A DNA stretch of 64,000 bases from positions 2,474-66,473 of the forward strand of contig CAZFCH010000001.1 of assembly GCA_964517445.1 (NCBI GenBank), written 5' to 3'. This document shows, in pieces, positions 46,698 to 56,027 of this stretch. A program made the position numbers and the translations under genes. The notes under the pieces are model-generated. The model ran no database searches and had not been told where the DNA came from. It saw nothing but the letters and a program-made list of their open reading frames with translations. The first letter of the stretch is position 1, and each line of letters begins with the position of its first letter. The DNA is from an uncultured Oscillospiraceae bacterium. Lineage in GTDB: Bacteria > Bacillota > Clostridia > Oscillospirales > Oscillospiraceae.

Positions 46698-48386
46698 TCA
46701 GCCCAGACTGTAAACGCGCAGCTCATAGGGGCGCGCGGTGAAGCCGTTGCCTATGACAAAGCAGCCGTCATAGTTTGCAAGCTCCAGCGTCCAATCGTCA
46801 AGCGTGATGTTCTCCGGAGCGTCAAAGCGCGTGAATTCTGAGGCAAAGCAGCATATCACCAGCAGACGCTTGCCCGCGTAGCAGCGCTCATATACGTAAA
46901 AATTCTCGTCCTTGGGTCTGTATTCTTTATACGTACCGTATAGCGCAACAGCATTGTTTTTTCTGAACGCCAGCAGACGCCGGTAGAAATTCAGGAGTGA
47001 CCCGGAGTCATCCTCCTGTGCTTCGACATTTATCTGCTTATAGTTCGGGTTTACATTGAACCACGGCTCGGCAGTGCTGAAGCCGGCGTTCTCCGCATCC
47101 GACCACTGCACCGGTGTACGCGCGTTCTCGCGCGTCGAACGCTGAACGAGCTTCAGGACGGCTTTCTTCGGAAGAAGCTTCGATGCTATGCGTGCAATGT
47201 TAAAGGTCGCCACGTCCTTATACATATCGAGCCTCGGCAGGGCGATATTCGTCATGCCGATTTCCTGCCCCTGATAGATAAATGGTGTGCCGCGCTGGAG
47301 AATATACATGGCTGCAAGCATCTTCCCGCTCTCGTCATGGTACTTCTCGCTGCCGTAACGGCTGATGATGCGCGGATGGTCATGATTTTCGATATACAAC
47401 GCGTTCCAGCCATGCCCTTCAAGCTTGAGCTGCCAATCCGTGAAAGACTTTTTCATCTTCACGAGATTGAATTTTGTGGGAAGGGCTTCACTGTAAATGC
47501 AGTCCGCCTCCATGTGCGAAAAAGCAATCATCTCATCGAGCACATGCTCCGGCCCCTCGGTGACATAGCTGAGCGCAACATCCGCCGTGGTCATCGGGCT
47601 TTCGCCGACGACGAAACAGTCATAATTGCTGAACACATCACGCTTGAACTCCTTGAGATATGCATGCACCTCCGGGCGGTTGGAATAATATTTCATGCCG
47701 TTTGCCGCCGGGAGCTTCGGGTACGCGTCCGGCAGGCCGGGAGCCTTGGAGATAAATGTAATAACGTCCTCGCGGAAGCCGTCTACGCCCATATCCAGCC
47801 AGAAGCGCAGGATCTTTTTGACTTCCTCGCGCACAGCGGGATTGTCCATATTGAGATCCGGCTGCTTTTTTGCGAACAAATGCAGATAAAATTCGTCTAA
47901 GTTACTGTCATACTCCCATGCGCCCCCCTCGAAAAGGCTCGTCCAGTTGTTCGGCGGCAGGAGCTTTTTCCCGTTTATCCCGCCGCGGCGGCCGGGACGC
48001 CAGAAATAATAGTCATGGTAGGGGCTGTCTTTTGATTTGCGGCTCTCCTTGAACCACGGGTGCTCATCCGAGCTATGGTTTACGACAAGATCCATGAACA
48101 CCCGCAGGCCGCGCTCATGCGCGCCGTCGAGCACCTGACGGAACACGTCAAGGTTGCCGTAATCCGGGTGGATGTTCATGTAGTCGGAAATGTCGTACCC
48201 GTAATCGGCGTTCGGCGAGGGGTACAGCGGTGAGAACCATATCGCGTCCACGTTCAGGCTCTTTATATAATCCAGCTTCGACAGCACGCCCCACAGATCA
48301 CCGATGCCGTCGCCGTTGCCGTCACAGAAGCTGCGCGGCCAGATATGATACACGGCCATTTCCTTATACCACGGCGTAAAAGCCAT
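46698..48386 (-). CDS. GH13 alpha-glucosidase / oligo-1,6-glucosidase-like enzyme
   Basis: 562 aa with the GH13 conserved regions DLVVNHSS, GFREDVI, VGES and IENHD. No signal peptide is present. Confidence 0.9.
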   Translation of the reverse strand: MAFTPWYKEMAVYHIWPRSFCDGNGDGIGDLWGVLSKLDYIKSLNVDAIWFSPLYPSPNADYGYDISDYMNIHPDYGNLDVFRQVLDGAHERGLRVFMDLVVNHSSDEHPWFKESRKSKDSPYHDYYFWRPGRRGGINGKKLLPPNNWTSLFEGGAWEYDSNLDEFYLHLFAKKQPDLNMDNPAVREEVKKILRFWLDMGVDGFREDVITFISKAPGLPDAYPKLPAANGMKYYSNRPEVHAYLKEFKRDVFSNYDCFVVGESPMTTADVALSYVTEGPEHVLDEMIAFSHMEADCIYSEALPTKFNLVKMKKSFTDWQLKLEGHGWNALYIENHDHPRIISRYGSEKYHDESGKMLAAMYILQRGTPFIYQGQEIGMTNIALPRLDMYKDVATFNIARIASKLLPKKAVLKLVQRSTRENARTPVQWSDAENAGFSTAEPWFNVNPNYKQINVEAQEDDSGSLLNFYRRLLAFRKNNAVALYGTYKEYRPKDENFYVYERCYAGKRLLVICCFASEFTRFDAPENITLDDWTLELANYDGCFVIGNGFTARPYELRVYSLG

Positions 48387-48529
48387 AATACCCCTCCTCT
48401 GCCGACCTGCGCGGCCGGTCGATATACACTCTGCTTACTTTATATATTAGCACATATAAAACCCGTTCTCAACAAATATATTTCTTCCCGGTATTTCCCG
48501 GGAATGAGGTATAATTAACATCTCCCATG

Positions 48530-48558
48530 TTGACAAAAAGCCGATTTTGTGCCATTAT
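48530..48558 (+). promoter_or_regulatory. Promoter candidate for the surface-protein gene (TTGACA-17-CATTAT)
   Basis: The -35 is at 48530-48535 and the -10 at 48553-48558. Confidence 0.4.
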
Positions 48559-48617
48559 GCTCCCTGAATATGAACATGATTTTTTGCTTCGCGTCTTATG
48601 TTTGTGTTTGAAAGGAT

Positions 48618-50231
48618 ATGCTTCTGTTTATGAAAAAATTTCTGACTTCACTGGCCCTTGCTCTGCTGGCTGTCTTTTCGGTTCTCCCCTGCGCTTACGC
48701 CGAAGAATACGTTCCTCTGGGAAGCTACACTGCCGGTGAAATGCTCAACTGCTATATAAGCAACATCGATGCCGGGGCACAGGTCTCTTCCCTTGACCTG
48801 CCCAAAGGCTGCACGCTGGTTGATGACTACAGCGGCGGCACACGCCGCCTGCTCCTCGGCGGGACTCCGACCGTGGCCGGGCAGCACACTTTTTCCATAC
48901 AGGTAAGCGGCACCGAGAACTACACCATAAACTGCTCGATAGATCTCACGCCCGCTCAGCCGAGCATCCAGACCTGCCAGGACGTCACCTGCGCGCCCGG
49001 CAGCAGCGTCCGTCTCTCCGTCAGTGCATGGACAACGGACAGCGGCAGCTTGAGCTATCAGTGGTACACCGGCGTCGGCTTCACGAGCATCCCCATCGAC
49101 GGCGCAACCGACCCGGTCTATTCCCCTGACACCTCCGTCACCGGCACTACATACTATACCTGCAGCGTCACGAACACGAATAACGGTCTTTCCGTTACCG
49201 CGACGAGCGAACCGATGGTCGTCACCGTGGCAACACCGAAGGTCGTTTCCATCTCTATTGACGGCATGCCCTCAACAACGCGGTATCAGGTAGGCGACTC
49301 GCTCAATCTCAGCGGCATGCGCCTTCAGGTCAATTACGACAACGGCAACAGTGAGATTGTGTCTCAGGGCTACACCGGTTCGCCCAGTGTTTTCAATGAG
49401 GCCGGGACGCAGACCGTGACAATAAGCTACGGCGGCGCAGTGTGCTATTTCTACGTTACGGTGGAGAACAAAGAAGCCGTTGTTGACGGCATCGGCGTCG
49501 TCACCCTGCCGAAAAAAACTCAGTACAAAGTTGGCGACAATCTTGAGACCGAGGGTCTTTCCATCCGTGCCTACTCCGGTAACACGCACTTCGACATTTC
49601 TTCCGGGCTTGACTGTTCGCCCACGGTACTCAACACCGCCGGCAGCCAGACCATAACCGTCACCTACGCCGGCAAGACCTGTACCTTCACGGTAAAGGTC
49701 ACCGAGGAGAAAGAAACCATCCAAACCGTGACCGTAGCAACACGCCCGACAAAGGTCGAGTACACCGTCGGTGACAGGCTCGACAGTACAGGGCTCACCA
49801 TCCGCGTCGTTACCAATAAGGGGACGAAGGAAGTCACCTCCGGCTTCACCTGCACGCCCAAGGTACTCACAACTGCCGGAACTCAAACCGTGACAGTTGT
49901 ATACGGACAGTACACCTGCACCTTTGACGTAACCGTCAAAACAGCGGCGTCACCGAGTCCCTCGCCGACACCCACACCTACCCCGTCGGCTTCGCCCGCG
50001 GTCTCCGCGTCCCCGTCTGTCAGCCCCGGTGCGGCATCGCCCAGTCCCTCGTCAAGCCGCCACGACAACGACAGCAACTCCGTAAACGCTGTGGTAAAGG
50101 TTGGGCTCATCGTCGCAGTACTGGCTCTGGCAGGGCTCGCAGGCTGCGTCTACGTGCTCCAGAAGAAGGGCAATGTTGACTTCCTGTCCATGTTCACGGG
50201 CAAGAACAAGCAGGACCGCGGCAAACATTGA
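48618..50231 (+). CDS. Membrane-anchored surface protein with He_PIG/Ig-like and three Big_3-like repeats, a Pro/Ser/Thr linker and a C-terminal TM anchor
   Basis: It has a signal peptide (MKKFLTSLALALLAVFSVLPCAYA; alternative start 48630) and two N-terminal Ig-like domains (LPKGCTL...GTPTVAGQHTF; SYQWY...YYTCSVTN). Three repeats of about 78 aa follow, then SPSPSPTPTPTPSASP..., then a TM helix and a basic tail. No LPXTG is present. Confidence 0.8.
   Translation: MLLFMKKFLTSLALALLAVFSVLPCAYAEEYVPLGSYTAGEMLNCYISNIDAGAQVSSLDLPKGCTLVDDYSGGTRRLLLGGTPTVAGQHTFSIQVSGTENYTINCSIDLTPAQPSIQTCQDVTCAPGSSVRLSVSAWTTDSGSLSYQWYTGVGFTSIPIDGATDPVYSPDTSVTGTTYYTCSVTNTNNGLSVTATSEPMVVTVATPKVVSISIDGMPSTTRYQVGDSLNLSGMRLQVNYDNGNSEIVSQGYTGSPSVFNEAGTQTVTISYGGAVCYFYVTVENKEAVVDGIGVVTLPKKTQYKVGDNLETEGLSIRAYSGNTHFDISSGLDCSPTVLNTAGSQTITVTYAGKTCTFTVKVTEEKETIQTVTVATRPTKVEYTVGDRLDSTGLTIRVVTNKGTKEVTSGFTCTPKVLTTAGTQTVTVVYGQYTCTFDVTVKTAASPSPSPTPTPTPSASPAVSASPSVSPGAASPSPSSSRHDNDSNSVNAVVKVGLIVAVLALAGLAGCVYVLQKKGNVDFLSMFTGKNKQDRGKH
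49239..49940 (+). repeat. Three tandem coding repeats of ~234 nt (Big_3-type Ig-like domains)
   Basis: Each repeat unit has the pattern xVxSIxV...P.KT.Y.VGD.L...GL.I...Y..G....V..G......V.N.AGTQTVTV.Y.G..C.F.V.V. The protein repeats are about 35-45% identical by eye. Confidence 0.75.
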
Positions 50232-50245
50232 TGTGAGTTTACAAC

Positions 50246-50282
50246 GGATGCGCCGGAAAGTTTTCCTGCGCATCCTTTTTTC
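50246..50282 (+). terminator. Rho-independent terminator after the surface-protein gene
   Basis: Stem GGATGCGC / GCGCATCC with a 14-nt loop, followed by TTTTTTTCTT. Confidence 0.7.
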
Positions 50283-50341
50283 TTGCGTCCAGCGGCAAGC
50301 TGTTTTATAATCAGATATCAGTACGAATGGTGGAGGCGGTG

Positions 50342-51529
50342 ATGGCCGTGCAGCTCAAAGCAAAAAGAACGTCCGTGATACTGTGCAGGGTGTTTTGTAT
50401 AATCCTCGTGTTTATCCTTGCGTATAACTGGCAGAGGATATTCTACTTAGAGTGCACTGACGGCATTATCTCCGATGTGCCGAACCATGTGAAGCTCGCC
50501 ATGGGGCGCAATGATTACGGTCTGTCCTCTTATCTCATCCGCTTTCTTTACGGCGTTTTCGGCGAACACCGGGGGCAGACGCTCCTGAGCCTGTGCCTTG
50601 CGGCAAACAACGTTATCGGGCTGTTTACGGTCTGGCTGCTCGTACGCCGCCTTCTGCCGGAGCTTGATAGCAGTTTCGCGTTTCTCGCCGTCGTGCTCGC
50701 TGCGCTGTGCGGCCCGTGGATTATCCCCGGGTATCAGGCAGAAATGTACCTCGGCGTATATAACGGCAACGTTTACCACAACATGACTGTGCTCTTCAGC
50801 CGCACATTCATCCCGTTTTTTTTCCTGTTCTTCTTTGACTGCTGGGACAAGCGGCACGGCAGGATAAATTTCTTTCCGTGGCTGGGCGCGGCACTGAGCT
50901 TTCTCATAGCAACGCTCTTCAAGCCGAACTTTGCTTTCGCATTCATCCCGATGTTTGCGGTAATGCTGCTTGTGGACTTCATAAAATACCGCGCACAGTA
51001 TTTCAAAAACGATGTAATCCTCGGGCTGTCCGTCGTCCCGGCAGGGCTTGCTTGCATCTGGCAGTACCTTGTCCTGTTCTCCGGCGACTTTGCGGGCACA
51101 TCCTCCGGCGTTGCCTTCCGTCTGCTGCTCGGCGCGGCGGGGCTCTCAGCGTTCATAATGTACCTGCGCAGCCTGCTGCTGCCGGTATATTCGCTCGCTC
51201 TGCAAGCGCCGAAAGAGAACGAAGCGAAGCATATCTGGCTCATCGTCATCTGCGACGCCGTCGCGATTCTTGAGGCCTGCGTCCTGACCGAGACGGGCTT
51301 TCGCGCGAACGACGGCAACTTTGACTGGGGTGGGCTCGCGCTCTATCCGATACTGTTCTCCGTCTCCATTGCGCTGCTGATGCGTCTGCTGCAGGGCACG
51401 GATTGGAAACGCCGCGGCACCGCTGCCAAGGCAGTGCTCGGGATTGTCCTGCTGCTTGGTCACCTCGCGGTCGGCATATACTGTCTCTACCAAGCGCGCT
51501 ATGGCGGGTACTATTGGTTCTACTTCTGA
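50342..51529 (+). CDS. Polytopic membrane protein of unknown function (about 11 TM segments, possibly GT-C/polymerase-like)
   Basis: The ORF spans 50327-51529. The ATG at 50342 follows GGAGG by 5 nt. The protein is very hydrophobic, with a first-loop acidic motif ECTDGIISDVPNH. No family was recognised. Confidence 0.6.
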   Translation: MAVQLKAKRTSVILCRVFCIILVFILAYNWQRIFYLECTDGIISDVPNHVKLAMGRNDYGLSSYLIRFLYGVFGEHRGQTLLSLCLAANNVIGLFTVWLLVRRLLPELDSSFAFLAVVLAALCGPWIIPGYQAEMYLGVYNGNVYHNMTVLFSRTFIPFFFLFFFDCWDKRHGRINFFPWLGAALSFLIATLFKPNFAFAFIPMFAVMLLVDFIKYRAQYFKNDVILGLSVVPAGLACIWQYLVLFSGDFAGTSSGVAFRLLLGAAGLSAFIMYLRSLLLPVYSLALQAPKENEAKHIWLIVICDAVAILEACVLTETGFRANDGNFDWGGLALYPILFSVSIALLMRLLQGTDWKRRGTAAKAVLGIVLLLGHLAVGIYCLYQARYGGYYWFYF

Positions 51530-51547
51530 GACCCACATTTCATTAAT

Positions 51548-51590
51548 AAAGGGCACTGCAGGGAAATCCTTGCAGTGCCCTTTTTCTGTT
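51548..51590 (+). terminator. Rho-independent terminator after the unknown membrane-protein gene
   Basis: Stem GGGCACTGCAGGG / CCTTGCAGTGCCC (one wobble) followed by TTTTTCTGTTTTG. Confidence 0.8.
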
Positions 51591-51639
51591 TTGTCGTCTT
51601 CTGCATAGCGCGCGGCACGACAAGTCCGTGGGGACACAT

Positions 51640-51674
51640 AAAAAGCAGCGTCCGAAAACAGACGCTGCTTTTTT
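51640..51674. terminator. Terminator of the TRAP-transketolase-isomerase operon (symmetrical A/T flanks)
   Basis: AAAAAGCAGCGTC - 8-nt loop - GACGCTGCTTTTTT, lying 11 nt downstream of the rpiB-like stop. Confidence 0.85.
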
Positions 51675-51684
51675 ATGAAACGGA

Positions 51685-52356
51685 TTATTTGCTTATCTCT
51701 TCAATGTACGCTTTCATTGCGTCGCACTTGCAGTTGTCGAAGAAGTACTTCTTGAAGCCGGGGGCGGCGACTGCCTTTGTGACAAGGTGCTCGCAATTGG
51801 TGATGCCATCCTTGGGGCCCATGTTGTCGATTGCCTTGAGGGAGGCAATCAGATCATTCATGGTAATCTCACGCACGCAGTCGAGTATCTTCTTGTTGTT
51901 CTGTTCGGGGACAACTCTGTCAGCGGGGTAGCCCTTGCCGCTGCCGAAACCGAAGAGCTTTTCAAAGGTGTATTCCCAGTTGAGCTCCATGCCCCAGCCG
52001 CAGCCCTTGGCAAACGGCATTGCGACGCAGTTGCCGTCGTTGACCTGTGCGAAAGTGTAAGCATCGACAGGATCCTCAACATGACCGCAAATCACGCCGG
52101 GGAAGCTGTTGCAGGCGAGCATCGCGCCCTCGCCGGTGCCGCAGCCGGTGATGACATAGTCAGCTGCACCGCTGTTGAGCAGGATTGCCGCGAGGATGCC
52201 GCACTGGACATAGGTCAGGGAGACATCATCGCTCGCGCTGTACATACCGTAGTTGAAAACGGTATGACCCATAGGCTCGACAACTTTCTTGAGCGCCGCT
52301 TCGATAGCCGCGTTCTTTGCGGCCTGACTGTTTTCGTTAATAAGAGCTATTTTCAT
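51685..52356 (-). CDS. RpiB/LacA/LacB-family sugar(-phosphate) isomerase, long form (223 aa)
   Basis: The N-terminal ~150 aa resemble RpiB, including the ITGCGTGEGAMLACN active-site Cys motif. An extra ~70-aa C-terminal segment is present. Confidence 0.8.
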   Translation of the reverse strand: MKIALINENSQAAKNAAIEAALKKVVEPMGHTVFNYGMYSASDDVSLTYVQCGILAAILLNSGAADYVITGCGTGEGAMLACNSFPGVICGHVEDPVDAYTFAQVNDGNCVAMPFAKGCGWGMELNWEYTFEKLFGFGSGKGYPADRVVPEQNNKKILDCVREITMNDLIASLKAIDNMGPKDGITNCEHLVTKAVAAPGFKKYFFDNCKCDAMKAYIEEISK

Positions 52357-52374
52357 GTTATTGCCTTTCCGCTG

Positions 52375-53310
52375 TTATTTGCTTTCCACAAACTTTTTGA
52401 GGCTCTCGGTGATGGAATCCACATCGAGACCGTATTCCTTAAGCACATCGTTGGGCTTGCCGGACTGGCCGAAGCGATCCTGCACGCCGAGCTTCACAAA
52501 CGGGATAGCTACGCGGTTTCTCAGTAGGACATCGCCGATAGCGTCGCCCAGGCCGCCGATTACGGAGTGCTCTTCAACGGTGGCTATTGCTCCGCACTGA
52601 GAAGCATACTTCATAACAGCCTGCTCATCAAGAGGCTTTATAGTGTGCATATTGATAACGGCGGCGCTTATGCCCTCGGCGGCAAGCTTTTCTGCTGCCT
52701 GCAGGCATTCATCTACCATGATGCCGCAAGTGAACACTGCAACATCGGTGCCCTCTTTGAAGGTGTTGGCCTTGCCGACCTCAAATGGAATCTGCTCATC
52801 GAACACCGGTGAAGGCAGGCGCGCAAGGCGCAGGTACACCGGTCCGTCGATTTCGGCTGCGGCCTTGACTGCGCTGTAAGTCTCCTTTGCATCGCAGGGG
52901 ACAATTATCGTCATGCCGGGGATAGCGCGCATAAGTGCGACATCCTCGATTGCCTGATGGCTGCCGCCGTCCTCGCCGAGGGTTATGCCGGCGTGGGTCA
53001 TGCCGAACTTGACATTGAAGTGCGGGTAGGCAACGCCGTTTCTGATCTGCTCAAAGCAGCGGCCGGAGAACACTGCAAAAGTGCTGGCGAAGGGGATATA
53101 GCCCATGGTGGACAGACCTGCCGCCATGTCTATCATGTTCGCCTCGGCAATGCCGGCGTTGAAGAAACGCTCGGGGAACTTATCCGCAAAGGCTGCAGAC
53201 ATTGTGGCATGCGCAAGGTCTGCGTCCAGTGCCACTATCTTGTCGTTCTCCGCGCCCAGCGCGGCGAGTGCTTCGCCGTATGCCACTCGTATTGCTTTCA
53301 TTTCGCCCAT
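52375..53310 (-). CDS. Transketolase, C-terminal (pyrimidine-binding) subunit
   Basis: It has the FFNAGIAEANMIDMAAGLS and GEDGGSHQAIEDVALMR motifs. The ATG at 53310 lies 7 nt after GGAGG and 1 nt after the upstream stop. Confidence 0.92.
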   Translation of the reverse strand: MGEMKAIRVAYGEALAALGAENDKIVALDADLAHATMSAAFADKFPERFFNAGIAEANMIDMAAGLSTMGYIPFASTFAVFSGRCFEQIRNGVAYPHFNVKFGMTHAGITLGEDGGSHQAIEDVALMRAIPGMTIIVPCDAKETYSAVKAAAEIDGPVYLRLARLPSPVFDEQIPFEVGKANTFKEGTDVAVFTCGIMVDECLQAAEKLAAEGISAAVINMHTIKPLDEQAVMKYASQCGAIATVEEHSVIGGLGDAIGDVLLRNRVAIPFVKLGVQDRFGQSGKPNDVLKEYGLDVDSITESLKKFVESK

Positions 53311-53311
53311 A

Positions 53312-54121
53312 TTAATCCTCCAATTCCGCAAGCGCTCTTGCGCGTTCCTCGGCGTTCGGAGCCTTGCCGTGCCAGCCGACCTGATTTTCCATAAAGGATA
53401 CGCCCTTGCCCTTGACCGTATGGCAGAGGATGAGCTTGGGCTTGCCTTCGCTGTCCGCATCGAGCGCCGCCATGATCTGAGCGATGTCGTTGCCGTCGGC
53501 CAGCTCTATTACCTTATAGCCGAAAGCCGCGAACTTCGCTGCGAGGTCGCCGAGCGCCATGACCTTGTCATTGGGGCCGTCTATCTGCAGTCCGTTATTG
53601 TCGACAAAGACCGTGAGGTTATCAAGCTTGTAGTTTGCCGCAGCCATGGATGCTTCCCAGACGAGGCCTTCCTGAAGCTCGCCGTCGCCGCAGACGGTAT
53701 AGACCTTTATATCCTTGCCGGACAGCTTTGCGCCGATAGCCATGCCGACGGCAATGGAGATACCCTGACCGAGAGAACCGGTCGATGCATCTACGCCGGG
53801 GCACTTCTTGGCGTCGGGATGTCCCTGAAGGATGCTGTGCAGCTGGCGGAAGTTCTTCAGCTCCTCACGGGGGAAGAATCCCTTGTCCGCAAGCACCGCA
53901 TACAGCGCAGGAGCCGAGTGGCCCTTGGAGAGGACAAATCTGTCTCTGTCTTCCCAGTGCGGGTTCTTCGGGTCGACGCGCATTTTGTTGTAGTACAGGC
54001 ACGCAAGGATCTCAACGACGGACAGGGAGCCGCCCGGATGACCGGACGCGGCGTCAGCCGTCATGTTTATAATGTCCCTGCGGATCTGCCTGCATTTGGT
54101 TTCAAGTTCTTTGTTAGTCAT
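53312..54121 (-). CDS. Transketolase, N-terminal (thiamine-diphosphate-binding) subunit
   Basis: 269 aa with SGHPGGSLS and the TPP motif CGDGELQEG...VDNNGLQIDG. Confidence 0.92.
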   Translation of the reverse strand: MTNKELETKCRQIRRDIINMTADAASGHPGGSLSVVEILACLYYNKMRVDPKNPHWEDRDRFVLSKGHSAPALYAVLADKGFFPREELKNFRQLHSILQGHPDAKKCPGVDASTGSLGQGISIAVGMAIGAKLSGKDIKVYTVCGDGELQEGLVWEASMAAANYKLDNLTVFVDNNGLQIDGPNDKVMALGDLAAKFAAFGYKVIELADGNDIAQIMAALDADSEGKPKLILCHTVKGKGVSFMENQVGWHGKAPNAEERARALAELED

Positions 54122-54140
54122 ACAGCAGTCTCCTTAATAT

Positions 54141-55409
54141 TTATGCCAGAAGTGAATATGGCAGCCAGGTGACCAAGCCGGGGATATAGGTCACGAGGAA
54201 CAGCGTTGCGATAAGCGGAATCAGGAACGGGAGGATTGATTTGTACAGTGTCTCCAGTCTGATCTTGTTGACGTCGGATATTACGAACAGGCACACGCCG
54301 AAAGGCGGGGTCACCTGGCCGATCATGAGGTTGAGCACGACCATGACGCCGAAGTGAACAAGGTCGAGGCCGAGGCCGTTTGCAATCGGCAGCAGCACGG
54401 GGAGCATCAGAGTGAGGATTGCGCCCGGCTCCATTATCATGCCGAGGATGAGCAGCAGGATGTTGATAACCAGCAGGACAACCGCCGGGTTGCTGCTGAT
54501 ACCAAGGATAACATCAGACATCTGGCGGGATACGCCTTCCATAGCCATGACATAAGTAAAGAGCGTGGAAGTACCGATGATGAAGAGCGTGTTCGCGGAG
54601 GATATTGCGGACTCCTTGAGGCACTTGAGAAAGCTCTTCCATGTGAGCGTCTTATACACAAGCAGCGCAATTACCAGAGAATACGCAACAGCAATACTGG
54701 ACGCCTCAGTGGGAGTGAACCAGCCGAGCACGAAGCCGGAGAGGATAATAAGCGGAGTGATGAGGGCGAGGATAGAACCTGCAAATTGGTGCATCAAAGC
54801 TTTGAAGCTGAACGGGTGACGTTCATACTTGCGCTTTATCGCGAAATAATACACCATGACCATGAGCAGCACGCCCATGAGCAGTCCGGGAACCACGCCG
54901 CCCATGAACAGCTTATCGACGCTAACGCTCGCGACGCTGCCGTAAATGATGAGCGGAATCGACGGAGGGAAGATAGGTCCGATGACGGAGGACGCAGCAG
55001 TTATCGCGGCAGAGAACTCATCATCGTAACCGTTCTTGCGCATTGCCTCCATTTCGATGGCGCCGAGGCCGCCGGCATCAGCAACTGCAGATCCGGACAT
55101 ACCGGCAAAAATAACGCTCGCCACAACGTTTGCGTGGCCGAGGCCGCCCGGTATCCAACCGACAAGCTCTTTTGCGGTATCGAATATTTTTTCAGTGATC
55201 TTACCGGCGTTCATAAGGTTGCCTGCAAGGATGAAGAGCGGGACAGCAATCAGCAGGAAAGAGTCGATGCCGCTGACCATTTTCTGACCGATGACAACAA
55301 GAGGGTAGCCGAGAGAAAGGCAACCGAGAATTGCGGAGGCGCCGATGGAGATGCTTATAGGCACACCTATGATGAGCAGTACCGCAAAGGCTACAAAAAA
55401 CAGAATCAT
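54141..55409 (-). CDS. dctM: TRAP transporter large permease (DctM family)
   Basis: 422 aa with about 12 TM segments. It has an ATGA overlap with dctQ. Confidence 0.92.
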   Translation of the reverse strand: MILFFVAFAVLLIIGVPISISIGASAILGCLSLGYPLVVIGQKMVSGIDSFLLIAVPLFILAGNLMNAGKITEKIFDTAKELVGWIPGGLGHANVVASVIFAGMSGSAVADAGGLGAIEMEAMRKNGYDDEFSAAITAASSVIGPIFPPSIPLIIYGSVASVSVDKLFMGGVVPGLLMGVLLMVMVYYFAIKRKYERHPFSFKALMHQFAGSILALITPLIILSGFVLGWFTPTEASSIAVAYSLVIALLVYKTLTWKSFLKCLKESAISSANTLFIIGTSTLFTYVMAMEGVSRQMSDVILGISSNPAVVLLVINILLLILGMIMEPGAILTLMLPVLLPIANGLGLDLVHFGVMVVLNLMIGQVTPPFGVCLFVISDVNKIRLETLYKSILPFLIPLIATLFLVTYIPGLVTWLPYSLLA

Positions 55410-55927
55410 GCTTTTTCCCTCCCGTCTGCGTTTTCGCCCTTGCTCGCGGCAAGAGTAACTATATGATCTGCCAGCTGCACCAGAGTTTCAAGCGCGATAT
55501 ATGCCCCGGCTATGCACATCGGGACATACTGGATTGTATATGCCAGCGGGAATGTGAACGTGGAATAGAAGCGGGTGCTGACATAAGGATACTGGGCGAT
55601 GAACGCGATGACCATCACGACGCCCAGAAGCAGGCTGAACAGTTTGTTTACAAAATAAAGGATTTCACCGGGGACACCCTTGGCTCTGTTGACAAGGAAG
55701 TCGAGCCGCATGAGACCGCTGTCGTGGTACAGCGGAATCAGGCCGATAAATGCCATCCAGAGAAATTCAATGCCGCATATTTCAATAGTAGCTCTGTTGG
55801 AGCTGTCCAGAAGATTGCGGTTGATAAGCTCCGCAATGATGACGACCACCAGTCCGGCAATCATCAGAATGCAGATAAGCTCGGCCACTTTGGAGATAAA
55901 AGCCGATATCTTCTTTATCGTTTTCAT
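55406..55927 (-). CDS. dctQ: TRAP transporter small permease (DctQ family)
   Basis: 173 aa with 4 TM segments, positioned between dctP and dctM. Confidence 0.85.
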   Translation of the reverse strand: MKTIKKISAFISKVAELICILMIAGLVVVIIAELINRNLLDSSNRATIEICGIEFLWMAFIGLIPLYHDSGLMRLDFLVNRAKGVPGEILYFVNKLFSLLLGVVMVIAFIAQYPYVSTRFYSTFTFPLAYTIQYVPMCIAGAYIALETLVQLADHIVTLAASKGENADGREKA

Positions 55928-55948
55928 ACAAACCCCCTCTTAATTACA

Positions 55949-55979
55949 ACAATTGCATAGGCGTTGCCTATGCAATTGT
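55949..55979 (-). promoter_or_regulatory. Perfect 14-bp intercistronic hairpin between dctP and dctQ
   Basis: ACAATTGCATAGGC - 3-nt loop - GCCTATGCAATTGT. No U-tract follows it. The dctQ SD begins about 10 nt downstream. Confidence 0.6.
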
Positions 55980-56027
55980 CATAATCTATGTTTCCTATGC
56001 CGATGGTTGGCAATGGATTATGTTCGT

